DNA of 64,000 nucleotides from an uncultured Bacteroidales bacterium (GCA_963734885.1 CAVTIJ010000002.1:587120-651119); one strand, 5' to 3'. Counted from the stretch's first letter, positions 38,356 to 48,614 are shown. The notes: a model not told the origin generated them from the sequence alone. Program-made: numbers and translations.

Positions 38356-39855
38356 TCATATATCCGTATCATTCGCCCAGGCTTCCGCTGCCCTTACAGC
38401 CCTATGCCATCCCTTAATCAATGATTGTGTTTCATCCTCTTTCATTTGCGGAGAAAAAACCTTATCGACCTGCCATTGTTTCCCAATTTCATTAATACCC
38501 GACCAGTATTTTACAGCCAGACCTGCAAGATATGCTGCACCAAGAGCTGTTGTTTCCGTAATTTTTGGCCGCACTACTTTTGCCTGAAGAAGATCGGACT
38601 GGAACTGCATAAGATTATTATTTACGGTAGCTCCGCCATCCACGCGTAATTCACGTATATCAATTCCTGAGTCATTTTGCATTGCATGGAGTACCTCAAG
38701 GGTCTGAAAGGCAATACTGTCGAGAGCTGCACGCGCAATATGTGCAGAAGTGGAACCTCTTGTAATTCCGACAAGAGTGCCACGGGCATGCTGATTCCAG
38801 TATGGAGCGCCAAGTCCGGCAAACGCCGGCACAAAATAGACTCCGTCGCTGTCTTTTACCTTTGATGCGAGCTTTTCCACATCACTCGATTTTTTAATAA
38901 TCCCCAATCCATCCCTAAGCCATTGAACTACTGCACCCGCAATAAAGATACTTCCTTCGAGAGCATATTGAGTTTCATTTCCGATCTTCCATGCAACAGT
39001 AGTCAGAAGCCGGCTTTTTGATTCAATCGGCTTATTGCCAATATTCATCATCATAAAACAGCCGGTTCCATAAGTGTTCTTGACCATCCCTGGCTCTATG
39101 CACATCTGACCGAAAAGAGCAGCCTGCTGATCACCTCCGATACCTGCAATTGGTATAGCTGTTGAAAATAAACCTTCGGTTTTTCCATATACTTCGCTCG
39201 AAGACTTCACATCAGGAAGCATAGAAGAAGGTATATCAAATATTCTGAGCAGATCATCATCCCATTTAAGGGTGTGAATATTGAAAAGCATAGTCCGTGA
39301 CGCATTTGAAACATCAGTAATATGCAATTTCCCCTTTGTCAGATTCCAGATAAGCCAAGAGTCAATAGTACCAAATGCCAGCTGTCCTTCGTTTGCAAGT
39401 TTACGTGCATCTTTCACATTGTCGAGTATCCATTTTATTTTTGTAGCTGAAAAGTAAGCATCGATTATCAGACCGGTCTTCTCAAGTATGATACGGCTGT
39501 TCCCACTGTTCTTTAATTGATCGCAAAAATTGGCAGTGCGTCTGTCCTGCCACACTATTGCATTATAGACCGGCTTACCCGTTTTCCTGTTCCAGACAAT
39601 TGTCGTTTCGCGTTGATTTGTGATTCCAATACCTGCAATATTCGTGCTTTCCAGACCAGCTCTTGTAATGGCCTCCAAAGCAACTCCGGCCTGTGTTGAC
39701 CAGATTTCATCGGGATCATGCTCAACCCAGCCCGGTTTGGGGTAAAACTGAGTAAATTCCTTTTGTGCAGATGCTTCCGGAACCCCATTCCGGTTAAACA
39801 CTATTGCACGCGAACTTGTAGTACCCTGATCGAATGCTAAAATGAATTCTTTCAT
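38356..39855 (-). CDS. glpK: glycerol kinase
   Basis: 499 aa with [10 protein letters not shown] and a [11 protein letters not shown] motif. Confidence 0.95.
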   Translation of the reverse strand: MKEFILAFDQGTTSSRAIVFNRNGVPEASAQKEFTQFYPKPGWVEHDPDEIWSTQAGVALEAITRAGLESTNIAGIGITNQRETTIVWNRKTGKPVYNAIVWQDRRTANFCDQLKNSGNSRIILEKTGLIIDAYFSATKIKWILDNVKDARKLANEGQLAFGTIDSWLIWNLTKGKLHITDVSNASRTMLFNIHTLKWDDDLLRIFDIPSSMLPDVKSSSEVYGKTEGLFSTAIPIAGIGGDQQAALFGQMCIEPGMVKNTYGTGCFMMMNIGNKPIESKSRLLTTVAWKIGNETQYALEGSIFIAGAVVQWLRDGLGIIKKSSDVEKLASKVKDSDGVYFVPAFAGLGAPYWNQHARGTLVGITRGSTSAHIARAALDSIAFQTLEVLHAMQNDSGIDIRELRVDGGATVNNNLMQFQSDLLQAKVVRPKITETTALGAAYLAGLAVKYWSGINEIGKQWQVDKVFSPQMKEDETQSLIKGWHRAVRAAEAWANDTDI

Positions 39856-39862
39856 ATCTATT

Positions 39863-41422
39863 CTATAAATAGTTTTTCACCAGTTCATTATATGATTTTA
39901 TTTCTTTCATCTGCCATTCCTTGTCAAAACCCAGTTCTAAAGCCATTATTTCAGCTACTTCTGCAGCAACTAATGCACTTGCTTTTGCGTTCAGGAAAAG
40001 AGAACGTGTTCGCCGGGCGAGTACGTCCTCCAGATGTACTGGCATTTCGTTCCGGCAGATCCACATTATCTCGGCTTTTGTGTACGGCAAATCAGGACTG
40101 ATTTGTGTTCCATAAGCTGGATTTTTAGCTACTATTTTTTTTATCTCAGGGAAGTTATCTCCGTAAATGTGTAACCTTTCCGGTTCATTAAAAGATGTTA
40201 GTTTTGTGAGTTTAAGACTCGCTGTAATGCATTTTGATGCCGGCAGCAATCCGGCTTTAATTGCTTTATCGATAATCTCTTCCGCCATCAGCCGGTAGGT
40301 GGTCCATTTGCCACCGATAATTGTCAGAAGTCCGGAAGATGATAATGTGATCTTATGTCTGCGCGACACTTCTTTTGTAGATCCAGGATTTTTATTGTTT
40401 GCCGCCAGAGGTCTTAAGCCTGCAAATATGCTCAGGATATCTGCACGATGAGGTGGCTTAAGCAAATACCTTCCTGCTGTCTGTAAAATAAAGTCTATCT
40501 CATTATCCAGGGCAATAGGTTCCAGGCTTATTTCTTCCAGCGGAGTATCTGTTGTGCCTATAACTACCTCATCATACCATGGAATGGCAAACAAAACTCT
40601 CCCATCATCTGTCTTTGGAATCATTATTGCAGAGTCGCTCTGAAGGAAGGATTTGTCAAGAACAATGTGTACCCCCTGGCTTGGTCTGAGAGTAGGTTTA
40701 GCCTGCGGATCATCCATTCTGGCCACATTATCGGCAAAGACACCCGTTGCATTAATAACAAGATTAGTCTTTAATCTGTACACGTTCCCAGAAGCATTGT
40801 CTTCTGCTGTCAACCCGTTGATTTTACCAGCACTGTCTTTAATAAGTCCTGTAACTTTGAAATAATTGAGAACAACAGCACCTTTCTCAGCGCTTGATTG
40901 TGCCAGAGCAAAAGCCAGACGTGAATCGTCAAATTGACCATCGTGATATACAACGCCCCCCTTCAAGCCGTCTGACTTTAAAAGGGGCAGACGTTCAGTG
41001 GTCTTCTCTCTTCCTATAAAATAAGATTTCCCCATGCTCAAACGCCCTGACAGGAGATCATAAAATTTAAGTCCGGCAGTATATTTTAAAACATCCCACC
41101 AGGTATAAACAGGAATAACAAATTCCTGATTAAAAGTAAGATGGGGCGCATTTTTTAGTAATATTCCACGCTCATGCAATGCTTCCATAACAAGCAGCAG
41201 GTCGCCCTGAGCCATATAGCGGACGCCGCCATGGACGAGCTTAGTGCTTCTTGATGAAGTTGCTTTTGCGAAATCAGATTGTTCAAGCAATAAGGTCTTA
41301 TATCCGCGCGAAGCGCTGTCGTGGGCTATTCCCAGACCCGTGGCTCCTCCACCTATTATGATAAGATCCCAGATTGTGTCCGTTTTTTTTATTAATTCTT
41401 CAACAAAATTCTGACGGTTCAT
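39863..41422 (-). CDS. glpD: FAD-dependent glycerol-3-phosphate dehydrogenase
   Basis: 519 aa with the FAD motif [13 protein letters not shown]. It is the first gene of the glpD-glpK-glpF row. Confidence 0.88.
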   Translation of the reverse strand: MNRQNFVEELIKKTDTIWDLIIIGGGATGLGIAHDSASRGYKTLLLEQSDFAKATSSRSTKLVHGGVRYMAQGDLLLVMEALHERGILLKNAPHLTFNQEFVIPVYTWWDVLKYTAGLKFYDLLSGRLSMGKSYFIGREKTTERLPLLKSDGLKGGVVYHDGQFDDSRLAFALAQSSAEKGAVVLNYFKVTGLIKDSAGKINGLTAEDNASGNVYRLKTNLVINATGVFADNVARMDDPQAKPTLRPSQGVHIVLDKSFLQSDSAIMIPKTDDGRVLFAIPWYDEVVIGTTDTPLEEISLEPIALDNEIDFILQTAGRYLLKPPHRADILSIFAGLRPLAANNKNPGSTKEVSRRHKITLSSSGLLTIIGGKWTTYRLMAEEIIDKAIKAGLLPASKCITASLKLTKLTSFNEPERLHIYGDNFPEIKKIVAKNPAYGTQISPDLPYTKAEIMWICRNEMPVHLEDVLARRTRSLFLNAKASALVAAEVAEIMALELGFDKEWQMKEIKSYNELVKNYL

Positions 41423-41483
41423 AAAACGGAAAGATTTTGATAATAATTATACGGAGAAAATTCCAATTTACAAAAATGTGGAA

Positions 41484-41592
41484 AAACCATTAACCACAGA
41501 GGTCACAAAGGTCTTTCACAAAGGTCAAAAAGGTTTAAATTCAAGGTTTGACTTTGTGCCCTTCCTGCCTCCTTTACTTTGTGACCTGGTCT
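41484..41592. repeat. CACAAAG-word palindromic element, copy c
   Basis: ccattaaccacagaggtcacaaaggtctttcacaaaggtc ... ctttgtgccc...ctttactttgtgacc. It ends 6 nt from the NPP stop codon. Confidence 0.75.
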
Positions 41593-41597
41593 TCAAA

Positions 41598-42830
41598 TTA
41601 TTTCAACATACCCTTGATATGAGCAGGATTACCATCATTTTTTGCAGGAGTGAGCCTGAGTATACGGCAGATAAGATTATAAACGTCCACATTATTCAAT
41701 TCTTTGAAAGAATAACCTTTTTTAAATGAAGGTCCGGTTGCATAGAATATTGAAAACATATCAGGATTAGAATTATCATATCCATGAGCACCTCCTCTGA
41801 GAGAAGAGCCATCAGGTTTGGTTCCTATACTCCATGAACTATCAGCAACAACAACAATTTCAGGGATCCTTGGATTTGTTCCGTAATGCCACTTTGGTGG
41901 CAGCTGTGATTTACTCCAGGCTTTTAATCCCTTCGCTCTGTTAATAAGTAACAACACGCTATCCTTTTTGCCACTTGCAGGATTAATCAGATAAACAGGA
42001 TTTCCACCTGAAATTGAAGCCATCATTCTTTCAGGAACAAGAGCTTTTATATTGACATACCTGGAGGAGGATATTGCAGCCATACCGTGATCGGATAATA
42101 CTATCAGGTTGATTTTTTTTGCTTCCGGCAGCGCTGAAAGTTTAGTCCTGAGAACTCCCATAAGACTATCGAGGCGCTCTACGATTTTTCCTGTCTGGGG
42201 AGAAACTGGACCAAATTTATGGCTTGTTGCATCAGGTTCATCAAAATACAGGGTAACAAGTTCCGGACGCTTTTCAGGAGGGTAAGCAAGCCATTTGATA
42301 ACGGTATCGATCCTTGCTTCAAATGTGACCGATTCATCATATTTTTTCCAGTATGTGGGATGTATTCCACCAACCGGAGCTTCGGATCCGACCCAGAAAA
42401 ATGATCCGGCTCTGGCTCCCTGTTTTTCTGCTGTTACCCATATTGGCTCTCCACCGTAAAAGGCCGGATTTTCGACAGCGGCACGGTCACCCATTCTGTA
42501 AAACAGGCCAAGATCAGGTGCCGGAAAACTATTATTTATTAGCCCGTGATGATCGGGGTACAAGCCTGTAGCAATCGAGTAATGGTTAGGAAAAGTAACT
42601 GTAGGAAATGATGAAAACATTCTTTCGGCTTTCACTCCTTCATTTGCGATTTTATTCAGATTAGGAGTATTGTATATTTTACTGTAATCCCAGCGGAATG
42701 CATCAAGGGAAACAAGAACAACATAGTTTTTTACCGTTTTCCTGGTATCCTTTCTGAAGCCGGATAACAAAATCAATGAAACAAGGAATAAGCCAATAAT
42801 CTCAGAAAAGTATCTGGATCTATTTTTCAT
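41598..42830 (-). CDS. ectonucleotide pyrophosphatase/phosphodiesterase (alkaline phosphatase superfamily)
   Basis: Motifs TVTFPNHYSIATGLYPDHHG, YFDEPDATSHKFGP and LSDHGM. The start is set at MKNRSRYF (ATG 42830). The ORF-track extension runs into repeat sequence. Confidence 0.85.
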   Translation of the reverse strand: MKNRSRYFSEIIGLFLVSLILLSGFRKDTRKTVKNYVVLVSLDAFRWDYSKIYNTPNLNKIANEGVKAERMFSSFPTVTFPNHYSIATGLYPDHHGLINNSFPAPDLGLFYRMGDRAAVENPAFYGGEPIWVTAEKQGARAGSFFWVGSEAPVGGIHPTYWKKYDESVTFEARIDTVIKWLAYPPEKRPELVTLYFDEPDATSHKFGPVSPQTGKIVERLDSLMGVLRTKLSALPEAKKINLIVLSDHGMAAISSSRYVNIKALVPERMMASISGGNPVYLINPASGKKDSVLLLINRAKGLKAWSKSQLPPKWHYGTNPRIPEIVVVADSSWSIGTKPDGSSLRGGAHGYDNSNPDMFSIFYATGPSFKKGYSFKELNNVDVYNLICRILRLTPAKNDGNPAHIKGMLK

Positions 42831-42956
42831 ATTTTTTTTATTAAAAGCTGCGTAAATATACACTAATTGAGAAAGAAAATTTCTGACATAAGGACGCAAA
42901 GACACTAAGTTTTCACAAAGATATTTTATGTTGACAAATACAGATTTTATTCTTCC

Positions 42957-43038
42957 CTTTTACCCCCTTTCATTTTCCCCCAAGGGGGAAAGGTTTGTCT
43001 GCTCCTTCCCCCTTGCGGGAAGGTTGGGAAGGGGGTAA
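42957..43038. repeat. G/C-rich nested-palindrome element, copy k
   Basis: Sequence ctttacccccttt cattttcccccaagggggaaagg...ctccttcccccttgcgggaaggttgggaagggggtaaa. Confidence 0.85.
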
Positions 43039-43069
43039 ATAAAAGTTTAAAAAAATCTTTGCTGGAGAA

Positions 43070-44176
43070 CTAAAATTTCAGGCACACTGGCGCATCAATT
43101 TTAAATTCCCTGGATGTTGCAACAGGAAGACCGCTTTTCTGGTCAATTTTATAGAGGACAATATTCCCAGATTTTTGATTTGCAGTGAGAAGATATTTTC
43201 CTGAAGGATCGATTACGAAATTTCTTGGCCAGTCACCGCCACATGAAGTTCTTCCGGCAAGTTTTAATTTCCCGTCGGGTTCGATTTTGAATACAACGAT
43301 TGTATTTTCACCCCTGTTCGAACCATAGAGAAATTGTTCATTATTACCAAGATGAACGTCTCCGCAATTACTTTCGCCTTTGAAATCATCTGCCAGCGTG
43401 GTAAGTGTCTGTATAATTTTAAGTCCTCCGTCCTTGTCAACATCGAGAGCAGAGATTGTCGAATTAAGCTCACAAATAACGTACATTTTAGTACCGGCTG
43501 AATTAAAAACAAAATGGCGCGGACCAGTTCCTTTTGGGAAGTTAACGACTCCACTTTGAGTAAGCTTACCTGTCTGACTATCAAAATCATAAATAACAAT
43601 CCTGTCTAAACCCAGGTCAGTCTGATAGACTTTTTTCCCATTTGGACCAAAAGAAATCATATGCGGATGAGAGACTTTTCCGTCATTCCCGGGAAAGGAA
43701 ATTTTATCCGAAACACTTTCAGGGATTCCGTTGGCGTTGAGTTTTACCACTGCAATCGAACTGCTCGAATAATTAGCAAGCAATAAGTAATTCTCGTCGG
43801 GTGTCAACGAGATAAAACATGGTCCGCCATCGGGTACCATTAAATCCTTTACTTTTTCAATGCTTCCGCTTTTCGGATCATATTTTAATGCAGTTACTCC
43901 GCCTCCGTTCACACCATTGAACTGCATTACCTCATTTGCAGCATAGATCAGTCCCTTCTTCTTTGAGATGCAAAAATAAGATGGGTTTGGGCCCGCATCT
44001 GCTTCAGTCAGATCCTTAAAAGTTCCTGATTCACGGTTTAAATCAAAGAGATATAATCCCTTCCCCCCGGTGTCGGTATATCTGCCGGCAAATAAACGAA
44101 TGGGCTGGCTAAATGATGATACTGATGTTAAAATAATCAGTATAGTCACAAGAATTGACGATAAATATTTTTTCAT
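43070..44176 (-). CDS. secreted lactonase, 7-bladed beta-propeller (6-phosphogluconolactonase / 3-carboxymuconate cyclase family)
   Basis: 368 aa with a signal peptide and repeated blade pattern (GPRHF, HPHMISF, WPRNF). Confidence 0.78.
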   Translation of the reverse strand: MKKYLSSILVTILIILTSVSSFSQPIRLFAGRYTDTGGKGLYLFDLNRESGTFKDLTEADAGPNPSYFCISKKKGLIYAANEVMQFNGVNGGGVTALKYDPKSGSIEKVKDLMVPDGGPCFISLTPDENYLLLANYSSSSIAVVKLNANGIPESVSDKISFPGNDGKVSHPHMISFGPNGKKVYQTDLGLDRIVIYDFDSQTGKLTQSGVVNFPKGTGPRHFVFNSAGTKMYVICELNSTISALDVDKDGGLKIIQTLTTLADDFKGESNCGDVHLGNNEQFLYGSNRGENTIVVFKIEPDGKLKLAGRTSCGGDWPRNFVIDPSGKYLLTANQKSGNIVLYKIDQKSGLPVATSREFKIDAPVCLKF

Positions 44177-44229
44177 ACGTGAGAATTAATTTAATTTATT
44201 TACCTCATCAGCAGGTGTTTAATAAGTAG

Positions 44230-44298
44230 AAATCCATTAACCACAAAGGTCGCAAAGAAATTACACGGGGTGTGCCTGCTTTGGGTGCTTTGTGGTTA
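44230..44298. repeat. CACAAAG-word palindromic element, copy d
   Basis: Sequence aaatccattaaccacaaaggtcgcaaag...gggtgctttgtggttatg. It ends 3-4 nt from the isomerase stop. Confidence 0.8.
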
Positions 44299-44301
44299 TG
44301 C

Positions 44302-45246
44302 CTAAATTTCAAAACTATCACATTCCCGGTAAGCCTGAATCACCTTTTGTTCTCCTTCTTTACCTTTCACCTGGTTTCCATGTTCCATGCACAGGACACC
44401 GTCGTATTTTCTGCTATAAATATATTTGAAAACATTTTTGAAATTGATTTCACCGGTGGTTGGCTCGTTTCTTCCCGGATTATCACCTAAATGGAAAGCT
44501 GCAATCTCACTCCATGCAGCCTCAATATTGGGGATCAGGTTTCCTTCTGTTATCTGCTGATGATAGACATCATCTACAATTTTGCAAACCGGTCTGTTCA
44601 CAGCCCTGCAAATTGCATATGCCTGTGGAATACCGTTAAGAAACAACCCAGGATGATCATGAATTGTATTTAACGGCTCAAGGACAATTGTCAGGCCGGC
44701 CGGTTCCATAACATCGCAGCAATACCGGAGATTGTCTATAACATTAGCTGTCTGAAAATCCCTGTGTAGTCGCTCATCATACCTGCCCGGAACGACAAGA
44801 GCCCATTTCGCACCAGTGCGTTTAGCTACTTCAACTCCCTCTTTCATTTTGTTGACAAGCATGTCACGGGTTTCCTGCTTGTTAAGCACGAATGAAGTCA
44901 CTGAAAAATCGGCGTACAAAACAAAAGGACCGAGATCCATTCCCAAACGGCGCAACTCATCGGAAATCTTCGTCTGATCAGCAACGGGACGATTCATCAA
45001 ACCATTGTCAAACATGGCGGTGAAGCCCATATCATGACAAAATCTGATATTATCGATAAGGTCGTCACCTGCATGTTCATGAAACATGCCAAAGCCCGGT
45101 GCATACTTTAGTTTAAAAGGTGCACTCGCGTCTGCAGCTTTTTGTCTCTTAGGCAAATAAACATTGCCAAAAACTGCAGGAGCAGCTAAAATAGCGGCTC
45201 CTGTTACAGTTGTTCTCTTCAAGAAATTTCTCCTGGAATATTCCAT
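44302..45246 (-). CDS. Tat-signal sugar phosphate isomerase/epimerase (xylose isomerase-like TIM barrel)
   Basis: The start is set at MEYSRRNFLKRTTVTGAAILAAPAVFG (twin-arginine motif), followed by a TIM-barrel AP-endonuclease-2-like sequence. Confidence 0.8.
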   Translation of the reverse strand: MEYSRRNFLKRTTVTGAAILAAPAVFGNVYLPKRQKAADASAPFKLKYAPGFGMFHEHAGDDLIDNIRFCHDMGFTAMFDNGLMNRPVADQTKISDELRRLGMDLGPFVLYADFSVTSFVLNKQETRDMLVNKMKEGVEVAKRTGAKWALVVPGRYDERLHRDFQTANVIDNLRYCCDVMEPAGLTIVLEPLNTIHDHPGLFLNGIPQAYAICRAVNRPVCKIVDDVYHQQITEGNLIPNIEAAWSEIAAFHLGDNPGRNEPTTGEINFKNVFKYIYSRKYDGVLCMEHGNQVKGKEGEQKVIQAYRECDSFEI

Positions 45247-45256
45247 CTTGGTTATT

Positions 45257-46615
45257 TTAGGTTTCTGGAACATAAGCCAATCCTGCGACTGGCACGATCT
45301 TGTCAACATCAACTGGTCCAAGGTCAAATACTTTCGGACCAAGCTTAAGGTCAGAGTTCATCATCTCTTCATAAGTCGTCTCTTTTCCTGAATATGCCGA
45401 TATTCGTCCCATTATTGCCATCATTGTTGAAATAGCAGTATTCTCAGCCTCGTTTATTGGTTTATTTGTACGGATAGCTGTTACCAGGTCGATATGTTCC
45501 TGAACATATGGATCCACCATTTTAGATTTTGATGGTTTCCCGGTTTCATCAACAGGATAATCATATTTCCAGATAACGTTTCCTTTGAGATCTTTCATAT
45601 AAACATCCTGACTCTGGGACAAAAATACAGATCCTTTAGAACCCTGAATTCTCTCAGAGACATTTTCTGCGCAACCGTTTATCTGGCGGCACATACTATG
45701 AAAATGCCTGCCATCTTCAAATTCAAAATCGACGCTGAAATTATCATATTGATTACCCGTAATACGACGCAGCCTTGAACCGAATCCAACTGCTTTCACT
45801 GGATGCATCCCTGTAAACCAGTTCATTACGTCGAGATTGTGTACATGCTGCTCAACTATGTGGTCTCCCGATAACCATGTCCAGTTAACCCAGTTACGGA
45901 TCATATATTCCATTTCACTCCATTTGGCGTTAGGATCGCGATGCCATAGTTTACCTCCGTTCCAGTAAACATTACCACCCATGACATCTCCGATCGTTCC
46001 CTGACCTACCTGCTGCCATGATGCAATATAATCGCGCTGATGCCTGCGCTGGGTTCCTGTAACTATGCTCAATTCCATCCCTTTGGCTTTCTGTGATGAA
46101 GCCATCACCGATCTTGCGCCAACAGGGTCAACGCAAACAGGTTTCTCGGCAAAAACATGTTTTTTAGCCTGTATTGCTGCAGCAAGATGATCGGGACGGA
46201 AGAAAGGTGGTGTTGCAAGAATAACCAGATCAACACCTGCATCGAGAACTTTCTGATAGGCATCGAATCCTACAAAACACTTGTCAAGAGGAACATCCTG
46301 TCCCTTTTGTTTCAGTATCTCAGCCCTGCATGAGTCAATCCTGTCCTGAAATGTATCACCCAGTGCCACAATCTGAAGATTTGGTCCGGCACTTAAAAAA
46401 TTTATTGCTGCTCCTGTCCCGCGACCACCGCAACCTATGACTCCGGCTTTAATAACCGGACCGTCGGGTGCCTGATCGAGCATGGTTGGTATTGCAACTA
46501 CTTTTTTTGATTCACGCGAACAACTTGTTATGATGGAAGGAACTATTACTCCAGCCATACCTACTGTTGCTGCTTTTCCAAGAAAATTACGTCTTGAAAT
46601 ACTTGATTTTTTCAT
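45257..46615 (-). CDS. Tat-signal Gfo/Idh/MocA family oxidoreductase
   Basis: 452 aa with SRRNFLGKAATVGMAG (Tat) and the Rossmann motif GVIGCGGRGTG. It has the typical periplasmic GFO-like layout. Confidence 0.85.
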   Translation of the reverse strand: MKKSSISRRNFLGKAATVGMAGVIVPSIITSCSRESKKVVAIPTMLDQAPDGPVIKAGVIGCGGRGTGAAINFLSAGPNLQIVALGDTFQDRIDSCRAEILKQKGQDVPLDKCFVGFDAYQKVLDAGVDLVILATPPFFRPDHLAAAIQAKKHVFAEKPVCVDPVGARSVMASSQKAKGMELSIVTGTQRRHQRDYIASWQQVGQGTIGDVMGGNVYWNGGKLWHRDPNAKWSEMEYMIRNWVNWTWLSGDHIVEQHVHNLDVMNWFTGMHPVKAVGFGSRLRRITGNQYDNFSVDFEFEDGRHFHSMCRQINGCAENVSERIQGSKGSVFLSQSQDVYMKDLKGNVIWKYDYPVDETGKPSKSKMVDPYVQEHIDLVTAIRTNKPINEAENTAISTMMAIMGRISAYSGKETTYEEMMNSDLKLGPKVFDLGPVDVDKIVPVAGLAYVPET

Positions 46616-46805
46616 ATCTGGTTAGGTTTAGGCAACTGATAAATATATAACTCAATAAGTTAGTTTTTCATTGTAATCAAATGTAAACATTGACATTTAA
46701 AAAAGCAAATCAGGAATCCCTTTTAAGGAATTTTACAGCCTAATTCTGGATGCTTATCTACAATTTTTATATCTCCAAAATTTCACATCAAGCTCTTTTT
46801 CATAC

Positions 46806-46888
46806 TTTTACCCCCTTTCTTATTTCCCCCAAGGGGGAAAGGGTTGTTCACTCCTTCCCCCTTGGGGGAAGGTTGGGAAGGGGGTAAT
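46806..46888. repeat. G/C-rich nested-palindrome element, copy l (most complete)
   Basis: Sequence ttttaccccctttcttatttcccccaagggggaaagggttgttcactccttcccccttgggggaaggttgggaagggggtaatt. Confidence 0.85.
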
Positions 46889-46987
46889 TAATTAAAGGTC
46901 AGTAAGCATGTGGCTGATAAACAGCTGTTTGATTAATGTTGTCATTAGTTGCGTTAGCTTGGAATCTACAAATAATGTAACCTCATT

Positions 46988-48523
46988 TCACTTTTTCCCA
47001 TTTCCGGTTTTGTCATCAAAATCACATACCACCCTGAAACCGACATTGAAGCAATCGGAATACCACCAGATGCTCTTTGGCATCTGAGGATCAGTCTTCA
47101 ACCATGCCGCAGTTTTCGTAAAATCACGTGAAGAGCTTCTGACCATCCCTGCAGAACTCCTGAATGAACCACCTCTGATCACATGTTCAGTTCCGTCGGA
47201 AGGTCCTTTCGGGTCAGTTACAGTTCCTGAGGGATATCTTGAATAAGCATCCGGTTGATACCAATCAGAACAGAATTCAGCCACATTTCCTGCCATATTT
47301 TTGAGTCCGAAAGGATTCGGTTTAACTCTTTCGGGAAGTTGTGTCCTGGTTGGGCTGTTCCCATTATAAACAACAAAAGTGTTAATGACAGTTGTATCGT
47401 TCTTTGAAAGTTTTGCCCGGAATCCGGTCTTTTCAAACTTTTTCGGATCGCCAGGGAAGAAATATGGACCGCCTGATCCTGCACGGCATGCATATTCCCA
47501 TTCGGCTTCGGTAGGGAGCCGATAGTTCTTTCCTGTAACTTTACTAAGCCATTTGCAATAGGTTTCAGCTGCGTGGAAAGAAAAAGAGATAGCAGGCCTT
47601 TTACCGCGACCCCAGCCCTGATCAGGTTGGCCATAAGGCGGAGTGGCACCTGAAATTGCGTCAGTTTCTGATGATTTTTTGTTTCTCAGTCCCTCCGTAT
47701 CAGTCGACCGTCCTTCAGCGGCTGTCTGAACATAAAATGCCAGATACTCATCCCACGAGACCTCAATCTCAGCCATGAAAAAAGAACTCAGGCTAACTTC
47801 CCTCACCGGGCCTTCATCTTCTTTGCGGAATGGTTCGGTTATCGGGCTTCCCATCCGGAAAGTTCCGCCCGGAATAGCTACCATGTTAAAAGAAACCGAA
47901 GACTTTGGAATTTTTTCTTTGTAGTTTTTGAATTCAATAACTTTTGCCGGCTCGGTGAAAATTTCTTTTGCAGCTGATGATGTGTTTCCAAAAGTTAAGT
48001 TGCTTCCATGTGTATAACCATCAATAAAATGTCCCGCATTCAGATGGCAGTTTATACAATTTAATTCATCGGTCTTTTTTTTTTTTTTTGTCTGTGTGTA
48101 ATAAAGATGAGCATCTTCCCCTGCTTTCGAGAGCCTGGCCGGAAATAAGTTCTCATGGCATTTAATACAGCTGCTTTCATAGACATAATTACGGGCAACC
48201 TCAAGACGTTTTCTGTCAGTCCAGTTGAATGAAGCAGAATCTTTTGTCCATTTACTCCAGAGATCGCGCAACCCTGTTTTGCCTTTCGCCCAAAGATATC
48301 CATGCCCTTTTGGAGGAAGGTGGCAATCAATACAGGCAATCCTGTATCCCGATCGTGTATCATAATGGACAGATTTTTTCCATGAAGCATCCGCCATAGG
48401 ATGAATATGACAGGATATACAATATTTATTAGTGGATGTGACTTGAAGTGCTTTTCCCGCACCAAGTATAATCAGGGCACCGATAAGGAGACCTGGAAAG
48501 AACCATAAAATAAATCGTTTCAT
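46988..48523 (-). CDS. fusion protein: membrane-anchored NapC/NirT-type tetraheme cytochrome c + FGE/SUMF1 (formylglycine-generating enzyme family) domain
   Basis: The N-terminus has a TM helix and four CXXCH motifs (CISCH, CIDCH, CIKCH, CINCH). The C-terminal half has FGE-family motifs MVAIPGGTFRMGSP, YRLPTEAEWEYACRAG, GLKNMAGNVAEFCSDWY and VIRGGSF. Confidence 0.8.
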   Translation of the reverse strand: MKRFILWFFPGLLIGALIILGAGKALQVTSTNKYCISCHIHPMADASWKKSVHYDTRSGYRIACIDCHLPPKGHGYLWAKGKTGLRDLWSKWTKDSASFNWTDRKRLEVARNYVYESSCIKCHENLFPARLSKAGEDAHLYYTQTKKKKKTDELNCINCHLNAGHFIDGYTHGSNLTFGNTSSAAKEIFTEPAKVIEFKNYKEKIPKSSVSFNMVAIPGGTFRMGSPITEPFRKEDEGPVREVSLSSFFMAEIEVSWDEYLAFYVQTAAEGRSTDTEGLRNKKSSETDAISGATPPYGQPDQGWGRGKRPAISFSFHAAETYCKWLSKVTGKNYRLPTEAEWEYACRAGSGGPYFFPGDPKKFEKTGFRAKLSKNDTTVINTFVVYNGNSPTRTQLPERVKPNPFGLKNMAGNVAEFCSDWYQPDAYSRYPSGTVTDPKGPSDGTEHVIRGGSFRSSAGMVRSSSRDFTKTAAWLKTDPQMPKSIWWYSDCFNVGFRVVCDFDDKTGNGKK

Positions 48524-48614
48524 TAATCATAATTTGCGGGGTTCAAGTTAAAAAAATATCTAATAATCGTTGCAGTGTTGTAAAAGTGTATTTTTACAGC
48601 CTAAATATATTTGG

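Noticed and set aside
41478-41729. 83 aa ORF (and 62188..62415, 75 aa) with HKG/QRTQRK-type peptides
   Set aside because: Both are encoded largely by CACAAAG-word repeat elements. Such pseudo-peptides recur wherever the element is translated.
47218-48465. Same-strand alternative-frame ORFs of 143 aa and 134 aa inside the cytochrome-FGE gene
   Set aside because: The main frame carries all heme and FGE motifs, and the alternative frames show no motifs. The 134 aa frame matters only as the frame entered after a slip in the A15 tract.
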